Origin: Chiloscyllium plagiosum
Lineage: Eukaryota
Direction: 5' to 3'
Length of the DNA: 51,396 bases
NCBI RefSeq assembly: GCF_004010195.1
Contig: NC_057719.1
Span: forward strand, 77,801,260 to 77,852,655
In this document: positions 1 to 14,600 of the stretch, piece after piece
How positions within the stretch are numbered: the stretch's first letter is position 1
Layout: each line of letters starts with the position of its first letter
Translations under genes and position numbers: made by a program
The notes under the pieces: model-generated
Databases searched by the model: none
What the model was told of the DNA's origin: nothing
The model's input: the letters and a program-made list of their open reading frames with translations, nothing else

Positions 1-305
1 CTGAGACGATATTCCCATTCATGGGCGACTCCAGGACCAGAGGACAGTCTCAGAATGAAAGGTGCAGAATCAAGACTGAGATGAGGGGGAATTTCAAACA
101 GTTGAGAATCTTTGGAGCTCCTTCCCATAGAGCTTTGGGAGCATAGTCTTGTATTTTAAGGCTATGATAGACAGATTCTTTATCAATAGGGGAATTGAAG
201 GTCATGAGGAAAAGGCAGGAAAGTGGACATAAGGAATGATGGATCAGCCATAATTCTATTGAATGGCAGAGCAGCTTGATGGACCTCCCTGTTTCTTGTG
301 GTCTT
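1..305 (+). mobile_element. CR1-type LINE 3' end (decayed)
   Basis: Contains ccaggaccagagga...gactgagatgagg...gatcagccat..attgaatggcagagcag, similar to 3990-4277, 20020-20310 and 23330-23640. Confidence 0.7.
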
Positions 306-539
306 GTGGATTATTCTCCTAACTACTTGGAGGTCACAACAGGTCAAGCAGCATCCACGGAGAGAGCTCTGACTCATCTAGACTCGAAACGTTAGCTAGC
401 TTTCTCTCCATAGATGTTGCCTGACCCAACCATTGATCTCTAACCTGGTATTTATCCAGTGGTTTGGAATCACTGTCAAAGTGATTTCAGTTAAAGATGT
501 CATATGTTATATTTGGTTTCCTCTATAATGTTTTACAAG

Positions 540-1010
540 GCCATAAGATGTAGGCGCAGAGGTAGACCATTTGCCCACTGAGTTTGTTTCACTATTCAGT
601 GAAATCATGGTTGACCAGATAATCCTCAATTTCACTTTCTCCACTATCTTTATTGCCATAACCATAATGCCCTTACTGAAATTAAATACCTGTTTATCTC
701 GACATTAAATATAGTTAATTGACAGCCTCTGTGGTAAAGAATTCCACAGATTCACTATCTCAGAAGAAATTCCCCCTCACCTCTGTCTTAAATGGGGCAA
801 CTCCTGACTCTGAGATTATGCCCTGCACTCTCCGTATCTACCCTCTCAACTTTCATAAGCATCTTGTATGTTTCAATAAGGTCTCTTTTTTTCATTCTTT
901 TAAATGCAAATGAGCACGTTCAATCAACTCTACCATGTCTTCATTAAAATCTCTCCATACCTGGAATCAACTTAGTGAACTTTCTCTGGACTGCTTGTAA
1001 TGCCAGTATG
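540..1010 (-). mobile_element. CR1-type LINE 3' fragment (decayed)
   Basis: Reverse-complement similarity to the CR1 3' ends elsewhere in the window (aattccacagattcact...cctcacctctgtcttaaatggg). Confidence 0.7.
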
Positions 1011-1159
1011 TTTTGTGTTAACTTCCATTGATGAATTTACATCAGGAGTATTTGTGAAGAACTATTTAAATATGCTATGTGCACTAGTAGTTAATCTCTG
1101 GTAGTTTCGTGAATGGGTAAGTTATTGATCCCAACAATTTTGCAACAGTTAAAATAATT

Positions 1160-2298
1160 TAGGGTGTAGGTTTGCTCTCTCAGCTGTAGGTTTGATATCC
1201 AGACATTTCATTACCTGGCTAGGTAACATCAGTGGCGACCTCCAAGTGAAGTGAAGCTGTTGTCTCCTGTTTTCTATTTATATGTTTGACTTGGATGGGG
1301 TTCCTGGGGTTTGTGGTGATGTCATTTCCTGTTTGTTTTCTGAGAGGTTGATAGATGGTATCTCGATCTGTGTTTGTTTATGGCGTTGTGGTTGGAGTGC
1401 CAGGCCTCTAGGAATTCTCTGCCATGTCTTTGCTTAGCCTGTCCCAGGATAGATGTGTTGTCCCAGTCGAATTGGTGGTTTTTTTCATCTGTGTGTAGGG
1501 CTACGAGGGAGAGAGGGTTGTGTCTTTTTGTGGCTAGCTAGTGTTCGTGTATCCTGGTGGCTAACTTTCTTCCTGTTTGTCCTACGTAGTGTTTGTGGCA
1601 GTCCTTGCATGGAATTTTGTAGATGACGTTGGTTTTGTCCATGGGTTGTACTGGGTCTTTTAAGTTTGTTAGTTTTTGTTTGAGAGTATTGGTGGGATTC
1701 TGAGGGGTCTTAGTCTGGCTGTCATTTCTGAAACTTCTTTGTATGGTAAGGTGGTTAGGGTTTCTGGCTGTGTTTGGTCTGCTTGTCGTGGTTTGTTCTT
1801 GGAATCTGGGGACTGTATTTTTTGAGTATCCGTTCTTCTTGAATATATTGTATAAGTGGTTCTCCTCTGTTTTCCGAAGTTCGTCTGTGCTACATTGTGT
1901 GGTGGCTCGTTGAAGTAGTGTTCTGATACAGCTTCGTTTGTGTGTGTTGGGATGGTTGCTGGTGTAGTTAAGTATTTGGTCAGTGTTTGTCGGTTTTCTG
2001 TATACGCAGGTTTGTAGTTCTCCATTGTCCTTTCTTTCAACTGTGACGTCCAGGAATGTGATACCATCTAGCAACCCCTCAGAAAATGAATAGGAAATGA
2101 CATCACCACAAACCCCAGGAACCCCATCCAGGGCAAACATATAAATAGAAAGCAGGAGACAACAGCTTCGCTTCACTTGGAGGTCGCCACTGATGATGTT
2201 ACCTAGCCAGGTAATGAAACGTCTGGATATCAAACCTACAGCTCGGCGAGTAAACCTACACCCTAAACCTCAACCTGAGCTACAAACCTTGCAAAAAA
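1160..2298 (-). mobile_element. Penelope-like element, 5'-truncated, with inverted pseudo-LTR and 13-bp TSD
   Basis: ORF 1538-2233 contains the RT thumb (ITFLDV...VYRKPTNTDQILNYTSNHP) and the GIY-YIG domain (NVIYKIPCKDCHKHYVGQTGRKLATRIHEH). 1160-1362 is an inverted repeat of 2060-2265. TSD agttaaaataatt at 1147-1159 and 2299-2311. Confidence 0.93.
2187..2226 (+). ncRNA. Minimal type I hammerhead ribozyme in the Penelope pseudo-LTR
   Basis: CCA-CUGAUGA-U-GUUACCU(AGCC)AGGUAAU-GAAA-CG-UC^UGG: helix I CCA/UGG, conserved core, 7-bp helix II, palindromic ACGU helix III and a GUC cleavage triplet. Confidence 0.8.
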
Positions 2299-3989
2299 AG
2301 TTAAAATAATTCTGATTACCATCAGGTTTTCATTTAATCTATATACTTATTAATGCACTTGAGGATAATGGTTGTACTTGCATTGGAATATTTATGCTTT
2401 CAAGCTTTAGTCAAGAGTAGCCTTATTTGTCATTTCTACCATATGCAACTGATACAGTAAAAATGAAACAGCATTCCTCTGGGACGAAGGTGCCACACGG
2501 GCAACACAAATTATACGCGAGTATAGTCATACACAGGGCAGCATAAAGTGCATAAGCAAAGTGCAAGACACTGCAATAATTCCTGACAAAACAATAGTTG
2601 CTAAAAGTATAATTTATGCTTAATTTGACTCTTAGGTTATAACCCATTTGAGCATAACCTTTAGCAGAAACTGTAATATGCTTTAAGGTGATCTGTAATA
2701 AATCAATAAGTTCTTCAATGTATATTTAAGAGCCTATAGAACATAGTATGGAGATTTTCCCTCCTTTAAAAGTAAATGAATTGGAGAAAGTTAACTAAAA
2801 AAATCTCAATGACTGTTCTTTAATACTTTGAGGCAAATATTTTCCTTCTCAGGGAGACAGTGTGAGCTATTCTATGCAAAGTAAAAGTATTATCTGTTTA
2901 CTTGGTCTGGCAGCATCTGTGGAGAAAAATCAGAGTTAATGTTTTGGGTTCAGTGACTATTCCTTAGAACTGAAAACAAAACCTTTACTCTGGTTTCTCT
3001 GCACAAATGCTGAATGACATGCTGAACCTTTCCAGCAATTTTTATTTTTGTTTCTGATTTCCAGTATTTGCAGTTTTGTTGGTTCTTATCCGATCATTTG
3101 CCTGTGTAGAATATATTATGAAATCAACAATAGTACACTATGGACCATTTTAGAGTTCCTGTTTCTGTGAAACTTTCTCATTAGGATGTCACAATGGAAC
3201 TAAGAAGAATATAGGTCATCTAATGGTGGGATTTCGGTCTTTTGCAGCAATAGTTGAGCACTGCACACAACAGTCAATAACTGGAAGTGTTTAATTTCCC
3301 TAATCGATATTACAAAAAGAATTTTTGTAACAACAACAATAGTTTGTTTATTATTACTTTAATATAGTAAAACAAAAAAAAAATTTTGTAGGAGCAAATT
3401 ATTGCAGATACTGGAATCTGTACTGAAAACAAAGTGTTAAAATTCATAGCAGGTCAGCCAACATCTATGGAGAAAGAGCAAGCTAACATTTCAAATGTTA
3501 GCTTGCTGTCTCTACATGGATGCTGCCTGACCTGCTGTGGTCTCCAGCACTTTGTTCTCAATGTAAAAACACTTAATTGGAGCATTAGTCAACAAAATGT
3601 AAGACAGTTGCATGGGATATTAGGGCAGATAACCATGGGCTAGGTCCAGGATAGGTTTTAAGGGACAACTTAATGAAAGGAAGAAAGAAAATTGGAGAGA
3701 ATAACTATCGCTTAATGAAATGCTTTGACAGAGGATTTAGCAACCACCAAGTTTACATCTTCTTTGTAGCAGATAGTGGTAAATGTAAGAATGGATCTGC
3801 AAGTACTGATTTGATTGATCTCATGTTCTGCTAAGTATTGATAACAAAGTAGTCAAAATAACAACCTTCAATAAATACATAAAACATACAGTTACCAAGT
3901 CTTCAGTGCCATTATTTTACAATACCTATAATGGTGATCTGAACACTAGTTTCAACGTCGCAAAATTGACTTTGTCATTGGTTTCAAAG

Positions 3990-4277
3990 AGGGTGGAGTT
4001 CGAATTATCGTGGAGCTAATTGAGAGCCAGACCATTCAGGAGAGAATTTAGGAAGTACTTTTATGCACAAAGGTTGGTAGATGTTTGGAACTCTTCCACA
4101 TATGGCATTGTTGCTAGATCAGTTATTATTTACAAGTCCCAATTTTTATTCAGCAAGGGTCTTAAGGGATATGGGCCAAAGGCAGACATATGGAATTAGG
4201 TCACAGATCAGCCATGATCTGATTGAATGGCAGAACAGGCTCAAAGGGTTGAGTGGCTTACTCCTGTTCCTTTATGT
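3990..4277 (+). mobile_element. CR1-type LINE 3' end
   Basis: Contains gggatatgggccaaaggcag...cacagatcagccatgatctgattgaatggcagaacaggctc; a short copy is also at ~27595-27715. Confidence 0.7.
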
Positions 4278-5671
4278 TTTGGTGAGGGGTAATAGTGGAG
4301 TAGAGCAAAGGTGCAAGGGAATTATACAGTGAAATTACATGATGTCAATGAATTACACTATTATTTCCTGGAACATGTGCTAGAACAATATCATAGCCGC
4401 AGATGTTCCATAATTGTGCTGACAGTCTTCATCTGAACATGTTTTTTAGCTTAAAAACAGTCAAATGCTTCACAGAAATGTGGAAAAATGGTGAACGCCT
4501 GAAAAAACAAGGAGTGAAGTGTTCAAAAGGTTGTTTGAAGGGATGTTTTTATGGAGTTAAAAGAAGAAAGGCAAAGAATTTGATAGAATGTGAATATGGA
4601 GCCCTGGCAGCTGTAATTGTGGCTATCATGATGATTGCAGCTGGATGTTTTTGGTGGCAGAGTCAAGTTTGTGGTGAAAACATGGAAAATGGCTCTTTGT
4701 TATTGCTGTTCAGTTGAGTAAATTTAAACTCCTCATTTGAAACTTGTATAGTTTGTCTCATAGCAACTGAATCATAGTAGAATTTTGATAAAGATAATGT
4801 AGAGTTAGGTGTTTTTAATATCCATGTTTGGGATTCTGAAACCCAGTTTAACAGACTTGACAATCTGACCAAATTTGAAATCACTTTGGATATAAGTGTG
4901 ATTAGACAAGGTTGATGTACTTATTTTGAGAACAATAAATTTAATAAAAATGACACTTAACAAGACAGTGGGCTCAGCTGATTCACAATAGAGTGGTCCT
5001 CTGTTGGACTGCTGTCTCTGTTGAAATTCTTCTTCTGTTTTCTTTGTTTTCTGAATACAGCACCACTAAGTAGCAGGCCTTATTAATCATTTTCCAAATC
5101 ACAAGCACAGTCTGACGAGTGGTACCCTGGAACTCTGGTCCAAGGGGTGCATGACGAAATTTTGATTGGTTAGGTGAGGCACATATAGTGCATGAAACAA
5201 ACAAAATCAGATATTACTTGAGGAACTCCACAGATGCTGACAGACCTGCAGTGTTTCTCTAGCAATTCATCCTTGTTTGTTTTGAGATCTCCAGCATATG
5301 CAGTTCTTTGTTTTAAAACAGGGCATGGTCACTTCCTGATGCCCATTCTTTCAGGATAGGAAATCTTATTAGCTTATTCTTTCAGAATTGGCTTATTATA
5401 TACTGTAAAGACCTAGTTAAATCCAAAACTTGCTTGACTGAGTATGTTTGTGCTGTTGACTAGATCAGTCACTTTTAACTTACTCCTTTTTGGAGGCTTC
5501 CTATACAGTGGCAATGGTTAATGTTGTGTAGATCCTCGCATGTCTTGTCATTATTGCATGCCGAATGAAAAGTCTGGAATTGAAGCATTGCAGGTGGTTG
5601 TTATGTGAAGTTGAGCGTGGTTGACCACAGCTAATTTGTCCTATCGATTGTGTATTAAAAAAAATTCCTGT

Positions 5672-6797
5672 TATAGAGATATACAGCACGGAAACAGATC
5701 CTTTGGTCAAACTCATCCATGCCAACCAGATATTCTAACTTAATCTAGTCCCATTTGCAAGCATTTAGCCCATATCCCTCTTAATCCCTCCTATTCGTAT
5801 ACCCATCCAGATGCCTTTTAGGTGTTGGAATTGTACCAGTTTCCACCATTTCCTCTGGCAGTTCATTCTATATACTCACCACGCTCTGCATGAGAAAAGT
5901 TGCCCTTTAGGTCCCTTTTAAATTTTTCCCCTCTCACCTTAAACCTATGCTACCTATTACCTGGGGAAAAGATCTTGACTATTCACTCTATCCATACCCC
6001 TCATGATTTTGTAAACTTCTATAAGGTCACACCGCATCTTCCAATGCTCCAGGGAAAATAGTCCCAACCTATTCAGCCTCTCCCAATAGCTCAAATCCTC
6101 CAACCCTGGCAACATCTTTGTAAATCTTTTCTGAACCCTTTCACATTTCACAACATCTTTCATTTAGCAGGGAGACCAGAATTGAGTGCAGTATTCCAAA
6201 AATAACCTGTACAACCGCAACATGACCTCTGAACTCCTATACTCAGTGCACTGGTGAATAAAGGTCTCACCCTGTCTACCTGTGACTCCACTTTCAAGGA
6301 ATAATGAACATGCGCTCCAAGGTCTCTTCATTGGGCAACATTCCCCAGGACCTTTAGTATTAAGTGTATACATCCTGCCTTGATTTGCCCCACAAAAATG
6401 TTTCACCTCACTTTATCTAAATTAAACTCCATCTGCCTTTCCTCTGCCTATCGGCCCATCTGATCAAGATCATGTTGTACTCTGAGGTAACCTTCTTTGC
6501 TGTCCACCACACCACCCATTTTGGCGTTTATCTGCAAACTCATTAGCCATTCAAAATGACTTGTATAAATGAAAACAGCAGTGGACCCAGCACCAATCCT
6601 TGCAGCACACCACTGGTAACAGGCATCCAGTCCAAAAAGCAGCCCTCCACCACCACCCTCTGTCTCTGACCTTTGAGCCAGTTATGTATCCAAATGGTTA
6701 GCTCTTCCTGTGTTCCATATGACCTAACCTTGTTAACCAGCCTACCTTGAGAAACCTTGTCAAACACCTTACTGAAGTCCATATAAACAACATCTGT
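5672..6797 (-). mobile_element. CR1-clade LINE 3' fragment
   Basis: DVVYMDFSKVFDKV...SGVLQGLVLGPLLF; ERVQKRFTKMLPGLEDLSYWERL; CR1-type 3' UTR. Confidence 0.92.
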
Positions 6798-8261
6798 TAA
6801 ATACATATTCGATATGGTTGGATATTGATAAATCGAGAAAAAAGGTTATTTTGTGGAAGAATATATAATGGAACTGAACGGGCTATCTTCAAATTTGAAA
6901 TAAAAGTCTGTTTGATCATCCCAAACTCATTGCTTGTCTTTAAATTGTTGAACTATGCTGAAGTGTTGAACATGAATAGATTCATAGTATTAAGTGGAGT
7001 TCATTTTTCACAAATAAACTTTTGTTAAAGATGTCCAAGCCTTAAAGAATAAATCTGGGAAAACATTCATTCTTTGTCCAAATTGAGCCATGAAAGACAC
7101 ATTCAGCACTAACGTGAAGAATGGAGGATTCAGTGATAGAGGTAATGCGAGATTGCTCAGAGGTAGGCCACAAGCATCTATGCAAAGAGAGTGTCATAAC
7201 TTTTAAGGAGTGCACATGATATATTTGTTCATTATAACAGATGATAGGAACTGGGGAACTAGGACAGCAGAAGGAACCCCAGAAATGTAGGTGGGATTGG
7301 ACAATTGTTAAAAACAGACTCAAAATACCATTATGCGATAAACTGTAATAAAAGGTTTTTGAACTTACACACAACACAGAAGGTTCAGAGCAGAAGATGG
7401 TACTATTGATCAGGCACAGGCAATTATCCTAGTACCAAGAGATTTCAACCCAGTAATTAATTGTAATCATGGACACTTTTAATTTGGCTGTTTTGCACAG
7501 TGAATATGTCCAGCATGTGTAGTGGATTAAACCTTACCTATATCCTTTTAATGAGGACCAAAGTAAGTTTCGGAATTTTTCCTTCTTCCGGTTTGAGAAT
7601 GACAATGCATTGTAGTTACTCCATGATTCCCTGTAAAATAGCTAGGGTAAATTACTTTCAGATGGTGTGTCCAATGAAATACCCTCACTATTTAAGGCTG
7701 TCTATATTTTGAAGAAAGATTCATGGAACAAGATAAGGCATTTGCTTTCAGGAAGTTAGTGGAATTGTTGTTTACACATGCAGACATTATTACATTCCAT
7801 TAACAAAACTTCATTTCTAATCAAAATATGAAATAACTGTTATTGCTGTCAAGGGATAAAAGTGGTTTAAAGTAACAAAAGGGCTAATAATCTTACAATT
7901 ACATCAGTTTGCCTATACATTAGCTCATGAATTAAAAGTCCCACTAAATGATACAACAGTAAGGAAGATGAATACGTTCAACTTACCACAGTTATTGCTG
8001 ATTTGTTCTGTCTGTGATCCTAGCTGATATTTGTTATTGGACAAGTCAGATTGTCTTAAATTTGGCTTGTTGGGTCATATTATATTTTTATTTAGTGAAG
8101 TGATCTTTTGCAAGTATGCAATGCTGCTGATATGCTTTTAATGATAAAACAGCAACTTATTCTGCAAAAAAGATGAAGATGACATAGAATAAACCAAATT
8201 ATTAATTCACAATTCTATTAGAAAAAATTTGCATAGACAGGAGAAGAACAATCCCGTGTAT

Positions 8262-8998
8262 CTCATAACTTATACACCTGGGGAAGGTTGCTGAACAAAA
8301 AATCTTGTAGTGCAGATTTATAGTCCCTTGAAAGTGGAGTCACAGGTAGTTAGGATAGTGAAGATGGTGTTTGGTCTGCTTTCCTTTATTGGTCAGAGCA
8401 TTGATTATAGGAGTTGGAAGGTCATGTTGTGGCTGTACAGCACATTGGTTAGGCCAATTTTGGAATATTGTGTGTAGTTTTGGTTTCTGTCTTATAGGAG
8501 GATGTTGTGAAACTTGAAAGGGTTCAGAAAAGATTTACAAAGATGTTGCCAGGGTTCGAGGGTTTGAACTAAAGGGAGAGGCTGAATAGGCTGTTTTCCA
8601 TGGAGCGTTGGAGGCTGATGGTGACCTTTTATAGAGGTTTATAAAATTGTGAGGGGCATGGATAGGGTAAATGGTCAAAGTCTTTTCCTTGGGGTTGGGG
8701 GAGTCCTGAACTGGAGGGCATACATTTAAGGTGAGAGGGGAAAGATATAAAAGTGACTTAAGGAGCAACCTTTTCACACACGGGGTGGTGTGTGTATGAA
8801 ATGAGCTACCAGAGGAAGTGGTGTAGGCTGGTACAATTGCAACATTTTAAAAGACATGTGGATGGGTATATGAATAGGAAGGGTTTAGAGGGATATGGGC
8901 CAAGTGCTTGCAAATGGGACTAAATTAAGTTAGGATATCTGGTCAGCTTGGACGAGTTGGTGTGAAGTGTCTGCTTCCATGCTGTACATCTCTGACTC
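8262..8998 (+). mobile_element. CR1-clade LINE 3' fragment
   Basis: Reverse-complement homolog of 5672-6400, including LVRPILEYCV*FW and ERVQKRFTKMLPG, and the same 3' UTR. Confidence 0.9.
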
Positions 8999-10262
8999 TC
9001 CAGTATTCAAAAATAGAGTTCACTTCTCTATTATAGCTTTAGATTTAACTGTTTCTTTCAGTATCTGGTTTTGAGAGTTTTGTAGCCTCTTCCTTGATAA
9101 TTTGTATAACTAAGTTTAGACTTTCTCAGACAAAAACAGAAAATGCTGGAGAAAATCAGCAAGTCTGGCAGCATCTGAGAGTGGAAGGCAGAGTTAATGT
9201 TTCAAATCTGCTGATTCTTTATATCAGAACTGTTAGCAGTTAGGAAAAAGATATTTATGCAAAAGCTGAAATTATGGGAGAGTGTGGGGATGAAGGTGAA
9301 ATGAATGGATGGGTGGAGGTGGGGCCCAGAGAGAGATGCATGAAAGGGATAGGTAAACGAGATGAGTTGGATATGAGCCAGGATATCGGAAAAGCTGAAC
9401 AAGTGATGATAAGAACTAGTGGTAGAAGAAAGCGGATGAATTAAACTGAATGCAAACCACATAATGTGATGATGGGTCTAGGAATACATGAGAATTGGAT
9501 GATGGTGCTAAAAGCAACCTACGTCATGAACAGAACCAGGTGAGGAGTGGATAAAATAACATTAGAACGATGGAATCAAAATCTAAACTATTTAACTGTT
9601 TACTTTTTCTGTTTTCCTGCTCTCTCCTAAATCGTACAAGAGTTAGTCTTTTGCATTTATCAACATTTTCTTTCATGAGCCAACTGTTGAAACATTCCAA
9701 CATAACTTTTGAGTGAAGGAGCACTACTTGACATTGAGAACTCCTACCTGAGAATACTGCTCAGCCTTGGTGTTAACATTTAAATGTGACCCATGCTTTT
9801 ACTGCTCTATAATCAGCGAGTCTTTTATCACTCCTAGATCTTTTGTCTTCCAACACGCTTGATATCATACTTTTTTAAAAGTATATAAATAATCAAATAA
9901 AAGACAGGATAATGGAATTAAAAAGGCTGGGAAAAAAACCTACTAGTTCCACTAGCCTGCCTTATGGAGTGCTCAAGCTTTGTGTATATGGGTAGTCCTA
10001 TCTACCCACTTAACTCCTGTGAGAGGCATTAAACATAATGATCCATATTTTTAGTGTGCAAGATCTTGCATTGACCTCCATCTTCCTAGTTTCAGATTTT
10101 TTTTTTATCCGTAGAAATGTAAATTAGTAAAGCTCATATTTTTGGAAGAACAGGCTTAAAATGTTGATACTATGACTTCTACTGTTCTAGCTTTTTGCTC
10201 AGGATAATTGTTAAGTCTTCCAAATCTTAGGTGCATTGTGACCACTAACTAGACCTTCTCAG

Positions 10263-10772
10263 ATCATAGAGATGTACAGCATTGAAACGGACCCTTCGAT
10301 CCAATTCATCCATGCCAACCAGATATCCTAACTTAATCTAATCCCATCTGCCAGTGCTTGACCCATATCCCTCTAAACCTTTCCTATTCATCTACCCATG
10401 CAGATTGCCTTTTAAATGTTATAATTGTACCAGCCTCCACCACTTCCTCTGGCAGCTCATTCCACACACTCATCACCCTCTCCATGAAAATGTTGCCCCT
10501 TCAATCCCTTTTATATCTTTTCCCTCTCACCCTAAACCTGTGCCCTCTAATTCTGAACTCCCCCACCCCAGGAAGAAGGCCTGTCTGTTTATCCTATCCA
10601 TGCCCCTCATGATTTTATAAATCTCTATAAAGTCACCACCTCAACCTCTGATGCTACACGAAAATAGCCCCAGCCTATTTAGCCTCTCCCTATAGTTCAA
10701 ATTCTCCAACCCTGCAACATCCTTTTAAATCTTTTCTGAACTCTTTCAGGTTTCACAACATTGTTCCGACAG
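10263..10772 (-). mobile_element. CR1-clade LINE 3' fragment
   Basis: Near-colinear with 5672-6160 (catagagatgtacagc...tttcacaacat). Confidence 0.9.
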
Positions 10773-11651
10773 ATGTTGCAAATTTAAACAATGTTAGTAT
10801 GTGGAAGAGAACTGTGTAGGAAAAGTGTTAAAAGTAAATTAAATTGACTTTTATATAACTTATGACTTGTATATGTAGCCGGTTGCAACTGAAAGTAAAC
10901 TTGTCAGCTTTTCTATGGGCAACAGTGGGATCTCCTAGTAAAGCCAAGTCTGGACAGGACTAGCAGATCTCACTGTTGTCATTAGTGCAGATCTTGGAAA
11001 ATCAGCTGACATCTTCCCATTCATATACAGATTATTGGGAGAAAGTGAGCACTGCAGATGCTGAGGATCAGAGTCGAAGCGTGCGGTGCTGGAAAAGCAC
11101 ACCTGGTCAGGCAGTCTGACTGGCTATGCTTTTCCAGTGTCTTCAGATTGTTGCCTTTCCCTTGATGTATACATGTCACTTAATACTACCATGGGTTTTC
11201 ATGGAATGTGACAGACCAGTACTTGACATATAAGTATTTTGAATTATGGATCCCCAAGGCTGTGGGATCCAGGGTGCCAGAATTGTCTCCTTTTTCTTCT
11301 ATCTCTGCTGCTTTGCCTCATTTATTAAGGTGCTTTAACCTAAAATGTTTATGCAGCTTGATGGACCTGCTTTTGTATTTTCAACATTGGGTAGCAATCT
11401 GCTCTTATCATTAATGTTAATGCTGCCACACTTCAAGATGTTCTGCACATCTTTGAAGCTGTTCCTTTGTCCTCCCCTGGAGTGTATGTTGTTTGAGTGT
11501 TGGGACCACAGAACCTGGCAGGAGAGACTCCCTTTTTAGTCATCTGGATAGTGTCTCGTCCATTGCAATTAATTTTGCAAGATATTTGTTGGAATGCTTC
11601 AAAAAGGAGAAACTGGTTTGTCCAATATCTGCCATTTAATCAAGAACAAGT

Positions 11652-14600
11652 ATCATAGAACATAGAAAAGTACAGCACAGAACAGGCCCTTTGGCCCCCG
11701 ATGTTGTCGAGGATTAATCTTAATGTAAAATAAAATAACTTAACCTATACACCCCTCAATTCACTGCTATCCATGTGCATATCCAGCAGTCGCTTAAATG
11801 TCCCTAATGACTCTGCTACCTCCACCACCACCATTGGCAATGCATTCCTGCATTCACAACTCTTCATAAAGAACCTTCCTCCGACATCCCCTCTATACCT
11901 TTCTCTTAATATCTTAAAACTATGACCCCTCATGCCAGTCGATCCTGCCCTGGGGAAAAGTCTCTGGCTATTGACTCTACCCATGTCTCTCATTATCTTG
12001 TATATCTTGAAGAGTGATCAGGTCATCACTCTTCTTCCTTCTCTTCAGAGAGAAAAGTCTGAGCTTCAACTTCTCAAGGCAAGCCCTCCAGTCCAGGCAA
12101 GCATCCTGGTAAACCACCTTTGCACCCTCCTCCAAAGCCACTGTATCTTTCGTATGGTAGGGCGACCAGAACTGGATACAATATTCCAAGTGTGGTCTCA
12201 CCAGGGATTTGAAGAGCTGTAGCAAAATCTCGCAATCTTAAACTTGATACCCCTGTTAATGAAAGCTAAAACACCATATGCTTTCTTAACAACCCTATCC
12301 ACTTGGGTGGCAACTTTGAGGGATCTATGTACTTGAACACCAAGATCCTTCTGTTCCTCCACACTGCCAAGAATCCTGTCTTTAATCCTATATTCAGCAT
12401 TCGAGTTCGACCTTTCAAAATGCATCACTTCGCATTTATCCAGGTTGAACTCCATCTGCCATTCCTCCGCCCAGTTCTGCATCCTGTCTATGCAGCCTGC
12501 AATAGCCCTCGATACTATCAATGGCACCTCTGACCTTTGTGTCATCTGCAAATTTACTAACCCACCCCTCCACATCCTCATCCAAGTCATTTATAAAAGC
12601 TACAAAGAGCAGAGGCCCAAGAACAGAGCCCTGTGGGACCCTACTCAACACTGACCTCCAGGCAGAATACTTTCCATCTACAACCACTCTCTGCCTTCTG
12701 TCAGCCAGCCAATTCTGAATCTAGATAGCCAAATCTCCCTGTATCCCATACTTTCTGACTTTATGAATGCGCTACTTTGGGGAGCCTTATCAAATGCCTT
12801 ACTGAAGTCCATATACACCACATCCACTGCTCAACCTTCATCGACCTGTCTTGTCAACTCCTCAAAGAACTCAATAAGATTACTGAGGCATGATCTGTCC
12901 CCCTCAAAGCCATGCTGACTGCCTTTAATCACGCTATGTTTTTCCAAATAGTTAGAAATCCTATCCCTCAGAATTCTTTCCAAAACTTTCCTGACCCCAC
13001 ACGTAAGACTGGTCTGTAATTGCCAGGAATTTCCTTATCACCCTTCTTGAAAAGAGGAACAACATTCTCCTCATTCCAATCTTCCAGTACGACTCCTGTG
13101 AAGAGTGAGGAAGCAAAGATCTTTGCCAGCAGCTTGGCAACCTCCTTTCTTGCTTCCCGGAGCAGCCTAGGATAAATCTTGTCTTGCCCTGGGGACTTAC
13201 CAATCTTAATGTTTGCCAAAATTTCCAGCACATCAACTTATCAATCTTGATCTGTTCAAACCTGTATCCCAGCTCCTCAAAGTTCTCATTCACAACAAGG
13301 TCCCTTTCCTTAGTGAAAATTGAAGCAAAAAAACTCATTTAGGGCATCCCCTATCTGCTCAGACTCCACGCACAAATTCCCTACGCCATCCCTGATCGAC
13401 CCTATTTTCTCCCTGATCATTCTTTTATTCCTCACGTAATGAGTAAAATGCCTTTGGGGTCGCCCTAATCTTCTCGCCAAGTCTTTTTCGTGCCCCCTCC
13501 TGGCTCTCCTCAGTCCATTTCTGAGCTCCTTTCTCGCAAGCCTGTAATCCTCCAAAGCTGTCCTCCACCTTACGTAAGTTGCCTTCTTCCTTTTGATGAG
13601 AAGCTCCTCTGTTCCTCATCATCCAAGGTTCCTTAATCTTACCCCTTAGCTGTTTCAGAGGAACAAATTTGTGCATCACTCGCAACAAGTGCTCCTTAAA
13701 CAGTCTCCACATGTCTGTTCTGCCCTTTCTGTGGAACAATAGCTCCCAGTCTGTACTTCCCAACTCCTGTCTGACAGCGTCATAATTTCCTTTTCCCCAA
13801 TTAAATATCTTCCCTTAGTAACTGCTCCCTTCCGTCTCCAAGGCTATGGTAAATGTGAGACAGTTGTGATCACTGTCATCAAAGTGCTCTCCCACCGCAA
13901 GACCTGACACCTGTCCTGGCTCATTGTTGAGCACCAAATCCAAAATGGCTGCTCCCCTCGTTGGTCTGTCTACATACTGAGTAAGGGAACCCTCCTGAAC
14001 ACACTTCACAAAAAAGGCTTCATCCAAATCATGTGCACTAAGGAGGTTCCAGTCAATATTGGGAAAGTTGAAATCACCCATAACAACAACCCTGTTCCAT
14101 CTATATTTTTCCAAAATCTGTCGGCCTATGAGTTCTTCAATCTCTCTACTGCTATTAGGGGCTCTGTAGAAAACCCCGAATGAGGTGACTGCTCCCTTGC
14201 TGTTCCTAACTTCCACCCATACTGACTCAGTAGATAAACCTTCCTCAACAACCTTCATTTCTGTACCTGTGATGCACCCTCCTCTTTTTCCACCCTCCCT
14301 GTTCTTTTTCAATGTTGTCAACCCTGGAACATCAAGCAACTATTCCTGCCCCTGTGAAACCCACGTCTCTGTTATGGCCACAACATCATAGCCCCAAGTA
14401 CTGATCCATGCTCTTCGTCACTCTTCTTGACACTCCTTGCATAAAAGCAGACTCACTTTAAGCGATCCTTTGTTTCATCGCATGAGAAACCTTCCTGATA
14501 GATTTCCTACATCCTGTCACTACCCCATCTGCAACTGTCGCCCCTCTCAGATATGTAGCTCTGATTCCCAACCCCCTGCCAAACTAATTTAAACCCTCCT

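Noticed and set aside
7042..7377. 111-aa ORF, or a possible Tx1/L1 3' remnant on the opposite strand
   Set aside because: No convincing motif in either reading.
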